A DNA stretch of 64,000 nt from Nitrospirota bacterium. GTDB taxonomy: Bacteria; Nitrospirota; Thermodesulfovibrionia; UBA6902; DSMQ01. The notes beneath the pieces are model-generated. The model saw nothing but the letters and a program-made list of their open reading frames with translations. It was not told the DNA's origin and did not search any database. Below are positions 28,384 to 35,523 of the stretch, piece by piece. Position 1 is the stretch's first letter; every line of letters starts with the position of its first letter. The DNA is taken from contig JACQXB010000023.1 of the NCBI GenBank assembly GCA_016208965.1, positions 95,474 through 159,473 of the forward strand. The letters are read 5' to 3'. A program made the position numbers and the translations under genes.

Positions 28384-29148
28384 TCAGTGCGCACCTCCAC
28401 CTTTTCTGAATACAAGGCCAACGCCAAACCCTGCGCCCAATGCTATCGCAATAGATATAAGTCCGTAAAGGGCGCCGTTATCCCTTGCCATATCTGCCAG
28501 CGCCTTTACAAGCCCTGCCTGTTCTACAGATACATTGGTTTCCGCCTGTTCAATTATACGGCCGTTTTGTGCGGCATAAACCGTGACGATGTAATCTCCA
28601 TGAGGTGCCTCGTAAGGCCAGTCAAACTTTATGGAAAAGTCCTGCCCGCTATTTTTTTGCGTTAAAGAGATATTTCCCGATGAATTAGCATAAAGCCTTG
28701 ATGACTCCTTAAACTTTACAAATTCCTCAAACCATTTCGTCTTTTCATTTTCATCAGACACAGGAGTTATTTTTATATGATTTCCCAATGCAGAATAGCC
28801 GATAGTGTTTGCATCAGCCTCTTCCGGGCTCAGTATTTCTTCGAGCCTCTTTGTGCTGTGAAGGAAATAAAGATTAGGCGCATGTTCAAAATTAAGTTCT
28901 CCCTTGTTCATCCACAAAAAACCGGCTGCTTTCCCCTTTTTCTTGAAGCCTTGATGCCCTTCGGGAGATGAAACCTTGATTATCAGGTCAGCATTTTGAT
29001 CCGACTGTCCGCTTATGGTCACTATGCTTCCATGATAGAAAAAATCTATCTTTATGTGGCTGTGATTTGCATCTACAGTAAGCTCTGCAAAAGCCTTATC
29101 TGCAAAGAGCAAAAAAAGAATTAAAATTAAAAATCTGAAATTTTTCAT
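28384..29148 (-). CDS. Secreted, C-terminally TM-anchored hypothetical protein (possibly TIGR02186-like partner of TauE)
   Basis: Signal peptide MKNFRFLILILFLLFADKAFA and a C-terminal TM helix. Translationally coupled to the TauE gene. Family assignment unverified. Confidence 0.45.
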   Translation of the reverse strand: MKNFRFLILILFLLFADKAFAELTVDANHSHIKIDFFYHGSIVTISGQSDQNADLIIKVSSPEGHQGFKKKGKAAGFLWMNKGELNFEHAPNLYFLHSTKRLEEILSPEEADANTIGYSALGNHIKITPVSDENEKTKWFEEFVKFKESSRLYANSSGNISLTQKNSGQDFSIKFDWPYEAPHGDYIVTVYAAQNGRIIEQAETNVSVEQAGLVKALADMARDNGALYGLISIAIALGAGFGVGLVFRKGGGAH

Positions 29149-30065
29149 CAGTGTCCTCCTGCTTGTGCTAATAATATTGAAGGGCTAAGCGTGAGCTCGA
29201 AGATAATTTTTACTGTTACAGCAAGCACAATGCAGGCAAGAAGTATCTTGAGCTGCTCTGCCTTCAGCCTTCTTCCGAAGACCACGCCTACCTGTGCACC
29301 TAATGTAGAGCCCAGAAGCAGTAACACTGCAAGAATGAAGTCAACATTGTGATTGGTATATGCCTGCAGGAAGGTCACCTCTATGCATGTAAATAGAATC
29401 TGGAAAAGACTCGTTCCCACAACGACGTGCATAGGCATCCTCAGGATATAGACCATCACAGGCACCATGAGAAAACCTCCTCCCACGCCCATGATTGCAG
29501 CAAGGATGCCAACAAAGCCCCCGAGCACTATCGGAACGAGCGCGGAATGCGTTACGCCTGATTTCTCAAAGCGGGTTTGCATTGGAATCCTTTTCAAAAA
29601 AATTCCGATTTTGTTCTCATTATCTGTCTTTATTTCTTCGGTAGGCTTTTTCTTCATGATTGAAAGGCTCTCTATAAACATGTAAGTGCCTACTATTCCG
29701 AGCATCAGGACATATGTCATCTTTATTACGAAGTCCGCATTCCCCATTGCCCTCAGGACTTTTATCGCCTGAACACCGACAAGGCCGCCAAGGAAGCCTC
29801 CTGCAAGGAGATAAAGCCCCATCTTAAAGTCCACATTCCCCACCTTCCAGTGTGCATATGTCCCTGAAGTTGATGCCGCCACTATCTGGTTGGAGTCTGT
29901 AGCCGCAGCTACTGTTGCAGGTATGCCGAGCATTATCAGAAGAGGGGTCATCAGAAAGCCGCCTCCGACCCCGAAAAGCCCTGAAAGAAGCCCTACAACA
30001 AGTCCCAGCCCTATAGGTATAAGGACATGAATACTGGTTAATGCTACCGGCAGATAAAGATACAT
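29148..30065 (-). CDS. TauE/SafE-family anion (sulfite/sulfonate-type) exporter, DUF81
   Basis: Two homologous 4-TM halves with GVGGGFLMTP and GVGGGFLMVP motifs. Confidence 0.85.
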   Translation of the reverse strand: MYLYLPVALTSIHVLIPIGLGLVVGLLSGLFGVGGGFLMTPLLIMLGIPATVAAATDSNQIVAASTSGTYAHWKVGNVDFKMGLYLLAGGFLGGLVGVQAIKVLRAMGNADFVIKMTYVLMLGIVGTYMFIESLSIMKKKPTEEIKTDNENKIGIFLKRIPMQTRFEKSGVTHSALVPIVLGGFVGILAAIMGVGGGFLMVPVMVYILRMPMHVVVGTSLFQILFTCIEVTFLQAYTNHNVDFILAVLLLLGSTLGAQVGVVFGRRLKAEQLKILLACIVLAVTVKIIFELTLSPSILLAQAGGH

Positions 30066-30577
30066 TAAGCAACCTCCACTGATTTATTCGAATGCGATTT
30101 GTTTTGTCGGGTCAAAGTGACAATCGGAATAGATACCGTTTTAAGGAGCTTCTTAAGGTCTCTTATGGTCAGATTGCCCTTGTGTGTGACTTCAGGGCTT
30201 AATAAGACCATATCGATATTCTTATCTTTCTTTAACAAACCTTTTAAAGCAGAAGGGATATCCTCTGTAGCCGTGTAGATATTTGCGGCAATACCCGATT
30301 CCTTGCATTTTTCCTGAATGTCCTGCAACTTTTTTCCTTCTGCGTCTTTAGATGCCGAATTTTTCAATATCTCTCTTGCTGTTTCATGTTCATTGGCTTC
30401 GGCAAAGGTAACAGCAGTCATAAGGTCTTCAAATCTTTCGGAGAACTTCTTCTTATGGACCATCAGAACAGATATGCCCTTTCGGGTTATCTCTGCGAGG
30501 TAAAGAGCATATGAGAGCCCATCCTCTGAGATATCATCCGGAGAAGTCACAAATAACAGGTTCCTTTCCATTTCCAT
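30065..30577 (-). CDS. Hypothetical protein, divergent USP-like fold; first gene of the sigma-54 operon
   Basis: Alternating beta/alpha pattern (LLFVTSPDD...MVLLSPE...IPIVTL) without the USP ATP motif. Strong RBS AAGGAGG. Confidence 0.4.
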   Translation of the reverse strand: MEMERNLLFVTSPDDISEDGLSYALYLAEITRKGISVLMVHKKKFSERFEDLMTAVTFAEANEHETAREILKNSASKDAEGKKLQDIQEKCKESGIAANIYTATEDIPSALKGLLKKDKNIDMVLLSPEVTHKGNLTIRDLKKLLKTVSIPIVTLTRQNKSHSNKSVEVA

Positions 30578-30607
30578 GCCTCCTTACTCAGAATCCACCC
30601 TGATACA

Positions 30608-30624
30608 AAGCATAGAGGATGCCT
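30608..30624 (-). promoter_or_regulatory. Sigma-54 (-24/-12) promoter
   Basis: Minus strand reads AGGCAT-CCTCT-ATGCTT (GG-N10-GC; consensus TGGCAC-N5-TTGCW). The -12 element lies about 32 nt upstream of ATG 30577, next to an NtrC-type activator gene. Confidence 0.6.
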
Positions 30625-30629
30625 AAATG

Positions 30630-30641
30630 TAACTTATTGAT
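30630..30641. promoter_or_regulatory. Candidate activator-binding repeat, copy 1 (TAACTTATTGAT)
   Basis: Exact 12-mer repeated 88 bp away at 30718-30729, upstream of the sigma-54 promoter. Confidence 0.3.
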
Positions 30642-30717
30642 TAAAAAGAAAATAATGAGGAAGCCTCTAAAGGCTGTTTAAATTATGGACATGTAGAGAA
30701 TATTGAGAGACGGTAGA

Positions 30718-30729
30718 TAACTTATTGAT
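30718..30729. promoter_or_regulatory. Candidate activator-binding repeat, copy 2 (TAACTTATTGAT)
   Basis: Exact 12-mer copy of 30630-30641. Confidence 0.3.
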
Positions 30730-30796
30730 ATATTAGAATATTTTAGATGATGAGAACTAACGCAGAGGAGTGTTTAAAATATGAACAGTGTAAACT

Positions 30797-32128
30797 TCAA
30801 TCTTCTTTCAGAATTTTCCATAGGCTTGTTCTTGAAATACCTAATAACTCCGCTGCCTTTGATTTGTTACCGCCAAGCATCCTGACGACCTTTTCGGCAT
30901 ACTCTTTTACGACATCATCAACGGTTTTTATTTTGCTCGGGTCGATTGTTTCTATCTGTAATTCCCTGATGCCGTATGGCAGACTTTCAGGCGTTATAAC
31001 AGTGCCCTTTTCAAGGATGATTGCCCTCTCGATGATATTTTCAAGCTCTCTTATATTGCCCGGGTAGCTGTAATTTAGAAGTATGTCCATCGCTTCTTCA
31101 GAAAAGCCTTTTATTTTTTTATTGGATTTCGGAAGATGCTTTTGAAGAAAATGCGCACTCAGGGGTTTTATGTCCTCCTGCCGCTCCCTTAAGGGCGGGG
31201 TAAAGATTTCCATGACATTCAGCCTGTAATAAAGGTCTTCCCTGAAACGGCCATCCGTGATCAAAGATTTGAGATTCTGATTTGTGGCGGCTATAAATCT
31301 AACATCGACCTTTTGCGGTTTCGTGCCGCCGACTCTGTAAAATTCTCCTTCTTCGAGGACCTTTAGAAGTTTAGCCTGGAGGCTGGGCGTAAGCTCTGTA
31401 ATCTCATCAAGAGAAAGGGTGCCGGTGTCTGCAATCTCGACAAGTCCCTGCTTGGAAGCAATGGCTCCGGTAAAGGCTCCTTTTTCGTGTCCGAAAAGCT
31501 CGCTTGAAAGGAGCTCTTCGGTAAATGTCGCACAGTTAAGCGAGAGAAATGGCTTGTCCTTTCTTTTGCTTGTGAAGTGTATTGCCTTTGCTATAAGGGT
31601 CTTGCCAACGCCGGTTTCTCCTGTAAGAAGCACATTGAAGTCCGAATCCTTAATGCTTTCGACGGCGTCGAGAACCCTTTTCATGCTATCGCTTTTTGCG
31701 ATTATGGTCAGCTTCCTGTCTATATCGAAATAGGTTTTTAAGGCAACATTCTCCCTCTTCAATATCTCCATCTTCTCGATTTTCTTAACCCTTATGGTAA
31801 GGTCATCCAGGTCGAACGGCTTGGTGATATAATCATAAGCGCCCTTTTTCATTGCCTCTACTGCCGAACCTACGCTTCCGTAGCCAGTTATTATTATCAC
31901 TTCTGTATCAGGATTTTTCTCTTTCACTTTTTCCAGAAGCTCGATTCCATTCATACGGGGCATTTTTATGTCCGTGATGACAATGTCATACCTGCATTTC
32001 TCCAACCGCTCCAAGGCGTTGTAGCCGTCTTTTGTCCCTTCGGCAGGATACCCTTCTTCCTTCAATGTATCGAGAATATTGTTCAGAGTTATTTCCTCGT
32101 CCTCAACTACAAGAATCCTCAATGCCAT
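30797..32128 (-). CDS. Sigma-54-dependent response regulator (NtrC/AtoC family)
   Basis: Receiver domain (DIVITDIKMP), AAA+ with GETGVGKT, GAFTGA and ESELFGHEKG motifs, and a C-terminal Fis-type HTH. Confidence 0.92.
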   Translation of the reverse strand: MALRILVVEDEEITLNNILDTLKEEGYPAEGTKDGYNALERLEKCRYDIVITDIKMPRMNGIELLEKVKEKNPDTEVIIITGYGSVGSAVEAMKKGAYDYITKPFDLDDLTIRVKKIEKMEILKRENVALKTYFDIDRKLTIIAKSDSMKRVLDAVESIKDSDFNVLLTGETGVGKTLIAKAIHFTSKRKDKPFLSLNCATFTEELLSSELFGHEKGAFTGAIASKQGLVEIADTGTLSLDEITELTPSLQAKLLKVLEEGEFYRVGGTKPQKVDVRFIAATNQNLKSLITDGRFREDLYYRLNVMEIFTPPLRERQEDIKPLSAHFLQKHLPKSNKKIKGFSEEAMDILLNYSYPGNIRELENIIERAIILEKGTVITPESLPYGIRELQIETIDPSKIKTVDDVVKEYAEKVVRMLGGNKSKAAELLGISRTSLWKILKED

Positions 32129-32129
32129 T

Positions 32130-33683
32130 TTATTCCTCTTTTAAAGGCAATGTAATTACGAACGTGGTGCCTTTTCCTTCTTCGCTTTTCACCTGAATAT
32201 CCCCACCATGCTTCCTGATGATATTATAAACAATGGCAAGCCCCAAACCTGTACCTTTATCCTTTGTGGTGAAAAAGGGTTCGAATATTTTCTCGATGGT
32301 TTCCTGAGACATACCCTTTCCGGTATCTGTTATTTTTATTATGAGGTTATTAAGCTTATAGTCGGGTTCCGCGCTGACGGCAAGATTTCCCTCTCCGGAC
32401 ATCGCCTCAACTGCATTTCTGAAAAGATTTATAAATACCTGCTCCATCTGCTCAGGGTCAACGAAAACATTTATCTTGTCCCTCGGGGCTCCAAGTGAAA
32501 ACCGTATTTTCTCCGTGCTTACCACATCAGAGATATGCAGGTAAGCATTTCTTATCAGTTCATTGAACTCAATTTTACGGGGCTGAGGCTCCCTGCCCCG
32601 GGTAAACTCCAGAAGTTCGCTTACAATCTTTTTCACCCTCATCGTTTGGTTAAAAATGTCTTCCAACCCCTTTATTATAAAGGGCGGATATTCGTCTCCC
32701 ATATTTTTCTTAAGCCTCTGCGCAGTAGTATAGATGTTGCTTAATGGATTATTGAGTTCGTGTGCTACCCCTGATGCCAAAGTGCCGATGGCTACTAATT
32801 TCTTGCTCTGAAGAAGCTCTTTTTCCCTCTCTTCAAGCCGTACCCCCATATAGTTGAATCTCTGTATAAGGATATCGACTTCATCTCTACCCTTGTTCTT
32901 ACTAAAGCCTGAAACATATGTAAAATTCTCTTCGGATGTCTTCTCTACAGCTTCTGTCAAAATATTCAATCGCTTTAAGATGCCGCGGCTGATTATTAGA
33001 GAAATGCCAGGACCTATAAAGAGAAAAAACGGAAGTGCAAATAATATCATCGCTTGTGTCAAAGATAACGCTTTATCTGCTTTTCCCCTTGCGGTTTTGT
33101 CGAAGTCCTTGGAAAAGGCAATCATCTCCTCTCCGAGCCTTCTAATGTCCTTAATCTCTGCATCCAGTTTCCTTAAGTCTTCAATCAAGGTGTGGTTATC
33201 AGGAAGCGAATACAATTTCTTAAGCACTTCGGCGCTCATGAGAGGGCTTTCTAATGATGCCGCTTCAATAAGCGGCAATATGGCAGAATGCTGCATATGG
33301 GATTTACTGATTTTGTTAAGTTCACTTTGGAATTCCCGTACAATGTTCTCTATCTTGTTAAACCTTTGACTGTACTCATTAACGGTAGCCTTTAGTTCCT
33401 GAAGCTTCTTTCCGCTTCCGGTTGAATCACTTTCATAAAGAAGCATAGTTATTTCTTTTAAATAAACATGAACGGCTTCGAGTTCTTTTGGATCCCTATA
33501 GAGAAAATAATTCTTTTCATGCCGCCTTAGCTGAAGGGTTTTACTTCGAATTGTGTCCGACAGTTCGAGAAGCTGTATTTCTTTTCTAACTTCAACAAAA
33601 TTCAGATATCCAAACAGGACAAGAACAACCATAATAGAAGCACTTAAGAAAAAACCAAGGGTTATTTTCTTTCCGAGTCTCAT
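32130..33683 (-). CDS. Sensor histidine kinase (TM-sensor-TM-HAMP-HisKA-HATPase)
   Basis: H-box GVAHELNNPLS, N-box FRNAVEA, and G-boxes DTGKGM and GTGLGLAIV. Confidence 0.88.
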   Translation of the reverse strand: MRLGKKITLGFFLSASIMVVLVLFGYLNFVEVRKEIQLLELSDTIRSKTLQLRRHEKNYFLYRDPKELEAVHVYLKEITMLLYESDSTGSGKKLQELKATVNEYSQRFNKIENIVREFQSELNKISKSHMQHSAILPLIEAASLESPLMSAEVLKKLYSLPDNHTLIEDLRKLDAEIKDIRRLGEEMIAFSKDFDKTARGKADKALSLTQAMILFALPFFLFIGPGISLIISRGILKRLNILTEAVEKTSEENFTYVSGFSKNKGRDEVDILIQRFNYMGVRLEEREKELLQSKKLVAIGTLASGVAHELNNPLSNIYTTAQRLKKNMGDEYPPFIIKGLEDIFNQTMRVKKIVSELLEFTRGREPQPRKIEFNELIRNAYLHISDVVSTEKIRFSLGAPRDKINVFVDPEQMEQVFINLFRNAVEAMSGEGNLAVSAEPDYKLNNLIIKITDTGKGMSQETIEKIFEPFFTTKDKGTGLGLAIVYNIIRKHGGDIQVKSEEGKGTTFVITLPLKEE

Positions 33684-34189
33684 TATTACATTTTATAACA
33701 TTTAGGGAGAATTTTTGGTAGGTTCTACAGGGCAACCCTGCCTGTTTAATACTATGGATTTGTCTCATAGGTCAAAGACCTGTAACTTTTTTTGCGCCAA
33801 TCCCACCTGCAAGGTGGATTTGCAATCACAAGCCGGGCGCAGGGCGAGGGTGGAATCCCACAATCATAATATCAAACTCTTATGGGAAATCAGGATAAAA
33901 AAAAAGAGTATGGAAAATATTTGATTTATGCTATAACTATAATAAAAGTAACTTTTAAGAAGGATGCGAAACTCAGAAGAAAAGGCCGGGATTCAAGGAT
34001 GAAATAGCGGTCGGAACTACTACCAATATTGCAATATTGCGGCGTTGTCTGGAACAATTAAATTGACCCGGGTACCTCTCAGTCAAACCTACGAAGTGGA
34101 ACTGCAACAATTCGCAAAGGTGTTTATATTGAATTTGCCGTCTTTTATTCTTTATAATGAATCTTGTTCTTTGTTATTTGTGTGTTATT

Positions 34190-34220
34190 TCCGGATAGCT
34201 TAGTCGGGAAATTTGTTAAT
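34190..34220 (+). pseudogene. Decayed 5'-half copy of tRNA-Asn (fragment A)
   Basis: TCCGGATAGCTTAGTCGGGAAATTTGTTAAT compared with gene TCCCGGGTAGCTCAGTCGGCAGAGCAGGTGGCTGT/TAA. Ends in an intron-less loop, TGTTAAT. Confidence 0.5.
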
Positions 34221-34270
34221 ATATTAAGGAGGTGATTTAAAAAAACAAAAAATTAATAACATATGGCAAT

Positions 34271-34327
34271 TCCCGGGTAGCTCATCCCGAAACTTCGGGA
34301 CGAAGCGTCGGGAAGGTGGCTGTTAAT
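34271..34327 (+). pseudogene. Decayed 5'-half copy of tRNA-Asn (fragment B) with a small hairpin insert in the D-loop
   Basis: TCCCGGGTAGCTCA, then insert tcccgaaacttcgggacgaagc, then GTCGGGAAGGTGGCTGTTAAT. Acceptor, D-arm and anticodon stem are identical to the gene, and the loop CTGTTAA is uninterrupted. Confidence 0.7.
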
Positions 34328-34340
34328 ATGAAAGAATTAT

Positions 34341-34616
34341 ATGTATTGGGTTTATATCATAAAAAGTGCTTTAGTTAATAAATATTATGTCGGTCATACT
34401 GCTAACATTGAGAGTCGGATATTCCATCACAGGGCTGGTAGAGAGAAATATACTAAAATAGCTTCTGACTGGCAAGTGGTTTTTAGTAAAGAATTTAAAA
34501 CCCGAAAAGAAGCTAAAGAAGTTGAAAATTTCATAAAGAAACAAAAAAGCAAGATTTTTATTGAAAAAATTATTGCCGGAAAAGTAAACTTAAACATCAA
34601 CATTATTCCCGGGTAG
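34341..34616 (+). CDS. Small GIY-YIG (URI-domain) nuclease-family protein
   Basis: MYWVYIIKS...KYYVGHTANIESRIFHH...E.E..IKK pattern of COG2827-type GIY-YIG proteins. Its last 10 nt overlap the tRNA-Asn 5' end. Confidence 0.8.
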   Translation: MYWVYIIKSALVNKYYVGHTANIESRIFHHRAGREKYTKIASDWQVVFSKEFKTRKEAKEVENFIKKQKSKIFIEKIIAGKVNLNINIIPG

Positions 34617-34641
34617 CTCAGTCGGCAGAGCAGGTGGCTGT

Positions 34642-34975
34642 GCAAAGCGCAGCTTTCCTGAGAAATCAGGATTGAAAAATCGGGTGAATTCAGGGAAGCC
34701 TACACTACTTCGCAGTTAGTGGTCAGTTGTCAGCAGTCAGTGATTAGTTTTTTCAACTGATAACTCATAACTGTTAACTATTAACTCCACGAAGTGGCAT
34801 GGTAATCCTGAGCGAAGCCTGCTGAAGGGTATTTAAAGTAAGCAGGAATGTGCAGAGACTAAGGAGTGAGGAACCCAACCAATAAACTCCTGTTAGCGCC
34901 CGATCCCTAAATCCCGCACAAGCGGGATATGGGAGTGAGATAGTCCAAGCCTCATGGAAACATAAGGATAACTTG
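34642..34975 (+). ncRNA. Group I intron in the anticodon loop (between nt 35 and 36) of tRNA-Asn
   Basis: P1 helix GCUGU/GCAGC with a U:G wobble at the 5' splice site, and a terminal G. P/Q/R/S-like blocks are GAATTCAGGGAAGCC, AATCCTGAGCGAAGCC, TGCAGAGACTAA and GAGATAGTCC. No internal ORF. Confidence 0.82.
34707..34795. repeat. Low-complexity tandem-oligomer hairpin nested in a peripheral loop of the intron
   Basis: ACTTCG-(CAGTTAG/CAGTTGT/CAGCAGT/CAGTGAT...)-TTTTTTC-(AACTGAT/AACTCAT/AACTGTT/AACTATT...)-CGAAGT. Confidence 0.7.
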
Positions 34976-35161
34976 TAACCACCCTGTCGGGGGTTCGAAT
35001 CCCTCCCCGGGAGCCAACCCGTAAAATCCCTTCGGGATCACGGGTTGACACGTGGTGAGCTTTGCGAGTTTTACGTGTCAGTCTTTGATTCTCTTAGGGC
35101 ATGATATAAACCCCGTGATCAATTTATTGATTTTACGGGGTTAGTTTTTCTACCATACTGC

Positions 35162-35393
35162 ATGTACTACGTCTACATCCTTCAATGACATCAAACGCCG
35201 TTTCGCAGAGCATAATAGTGGAAAGGTTGAATCAACTATAAATCGCAGACCCATTCAGCTTATATATTATGAGGCCTATATTGAGAAGACCGACGCTGAG
35301 AATAGAGAAATCTTTTTAAAAAGCGGATCTGGTAAAAGATATCTGAAAAAGCAGATGAAAGTGTATTTTGAAAAGAATGGCTTAAGTTTGTAA
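35162..35393 (+). pseudogene. GIY-YIG nuclease-family pseudogene (internal deletion plus frameshift)
   Basis: MYYVYILQ then stop at 35186. The +1 frame continues DIKRRFAEHNSGKVESTINRRPIQLIYYEAYIEKTDAENREIFLKSGSGKRYLKK to TAA 35391-35393. The segment between the GIY and YIG blocks is missing. Confidence 0.7.
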
Positions 35394-35523
35394 TCACGTT
35401 ATCGTAGAGCGATTTTACGTGATGATTATCCGTGCTTACTCGTGTGTAGATTGTACATCTCATAATCTTTAGTCCTTCTTTATAAAGCAGTGTAGTAATT
35501 GTGTATTAGAAAGATATACACAG

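Larger units (their letters stand above)
34607..35016 (+). tRNA. tRNA-Asn(GUU), intron-containing (exons 34607-34641 and 34976-35016)
   Basis: The joined exons give a 76-nt cloverleaf. Acceptor TCCCGGG/CCCGGGA, D-arm GCTC-AGTCGGCA-GAGC, anticodon arm GGTGG-CTGTTAA-CCACC, T-arm GGGGG-TTCGAAT-CCCTC, G73, encoded CCA. U1:A72 and G73 match E. coli tRNA-Asn. Confidence 0.9.

Noticed and set aside
33715-33924. 69-aa plus-strand ORF upstream of the kinase gene, with several small hairpins (AATCCCACC/GGTGGATT).
   Set aside because: No RBS, no recognisable domain, and it lies in the promoter region of the minus-strand kinase. The hairpins are too short or irregular to assign as an RNA gene by eye.
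35260-35463. 67-aa minus-strand ORF downstream of the tRNA.
   Set aside because: It is antisense to the recognisable GIY-YIG pseudogene on the plus strand and has no motifs.
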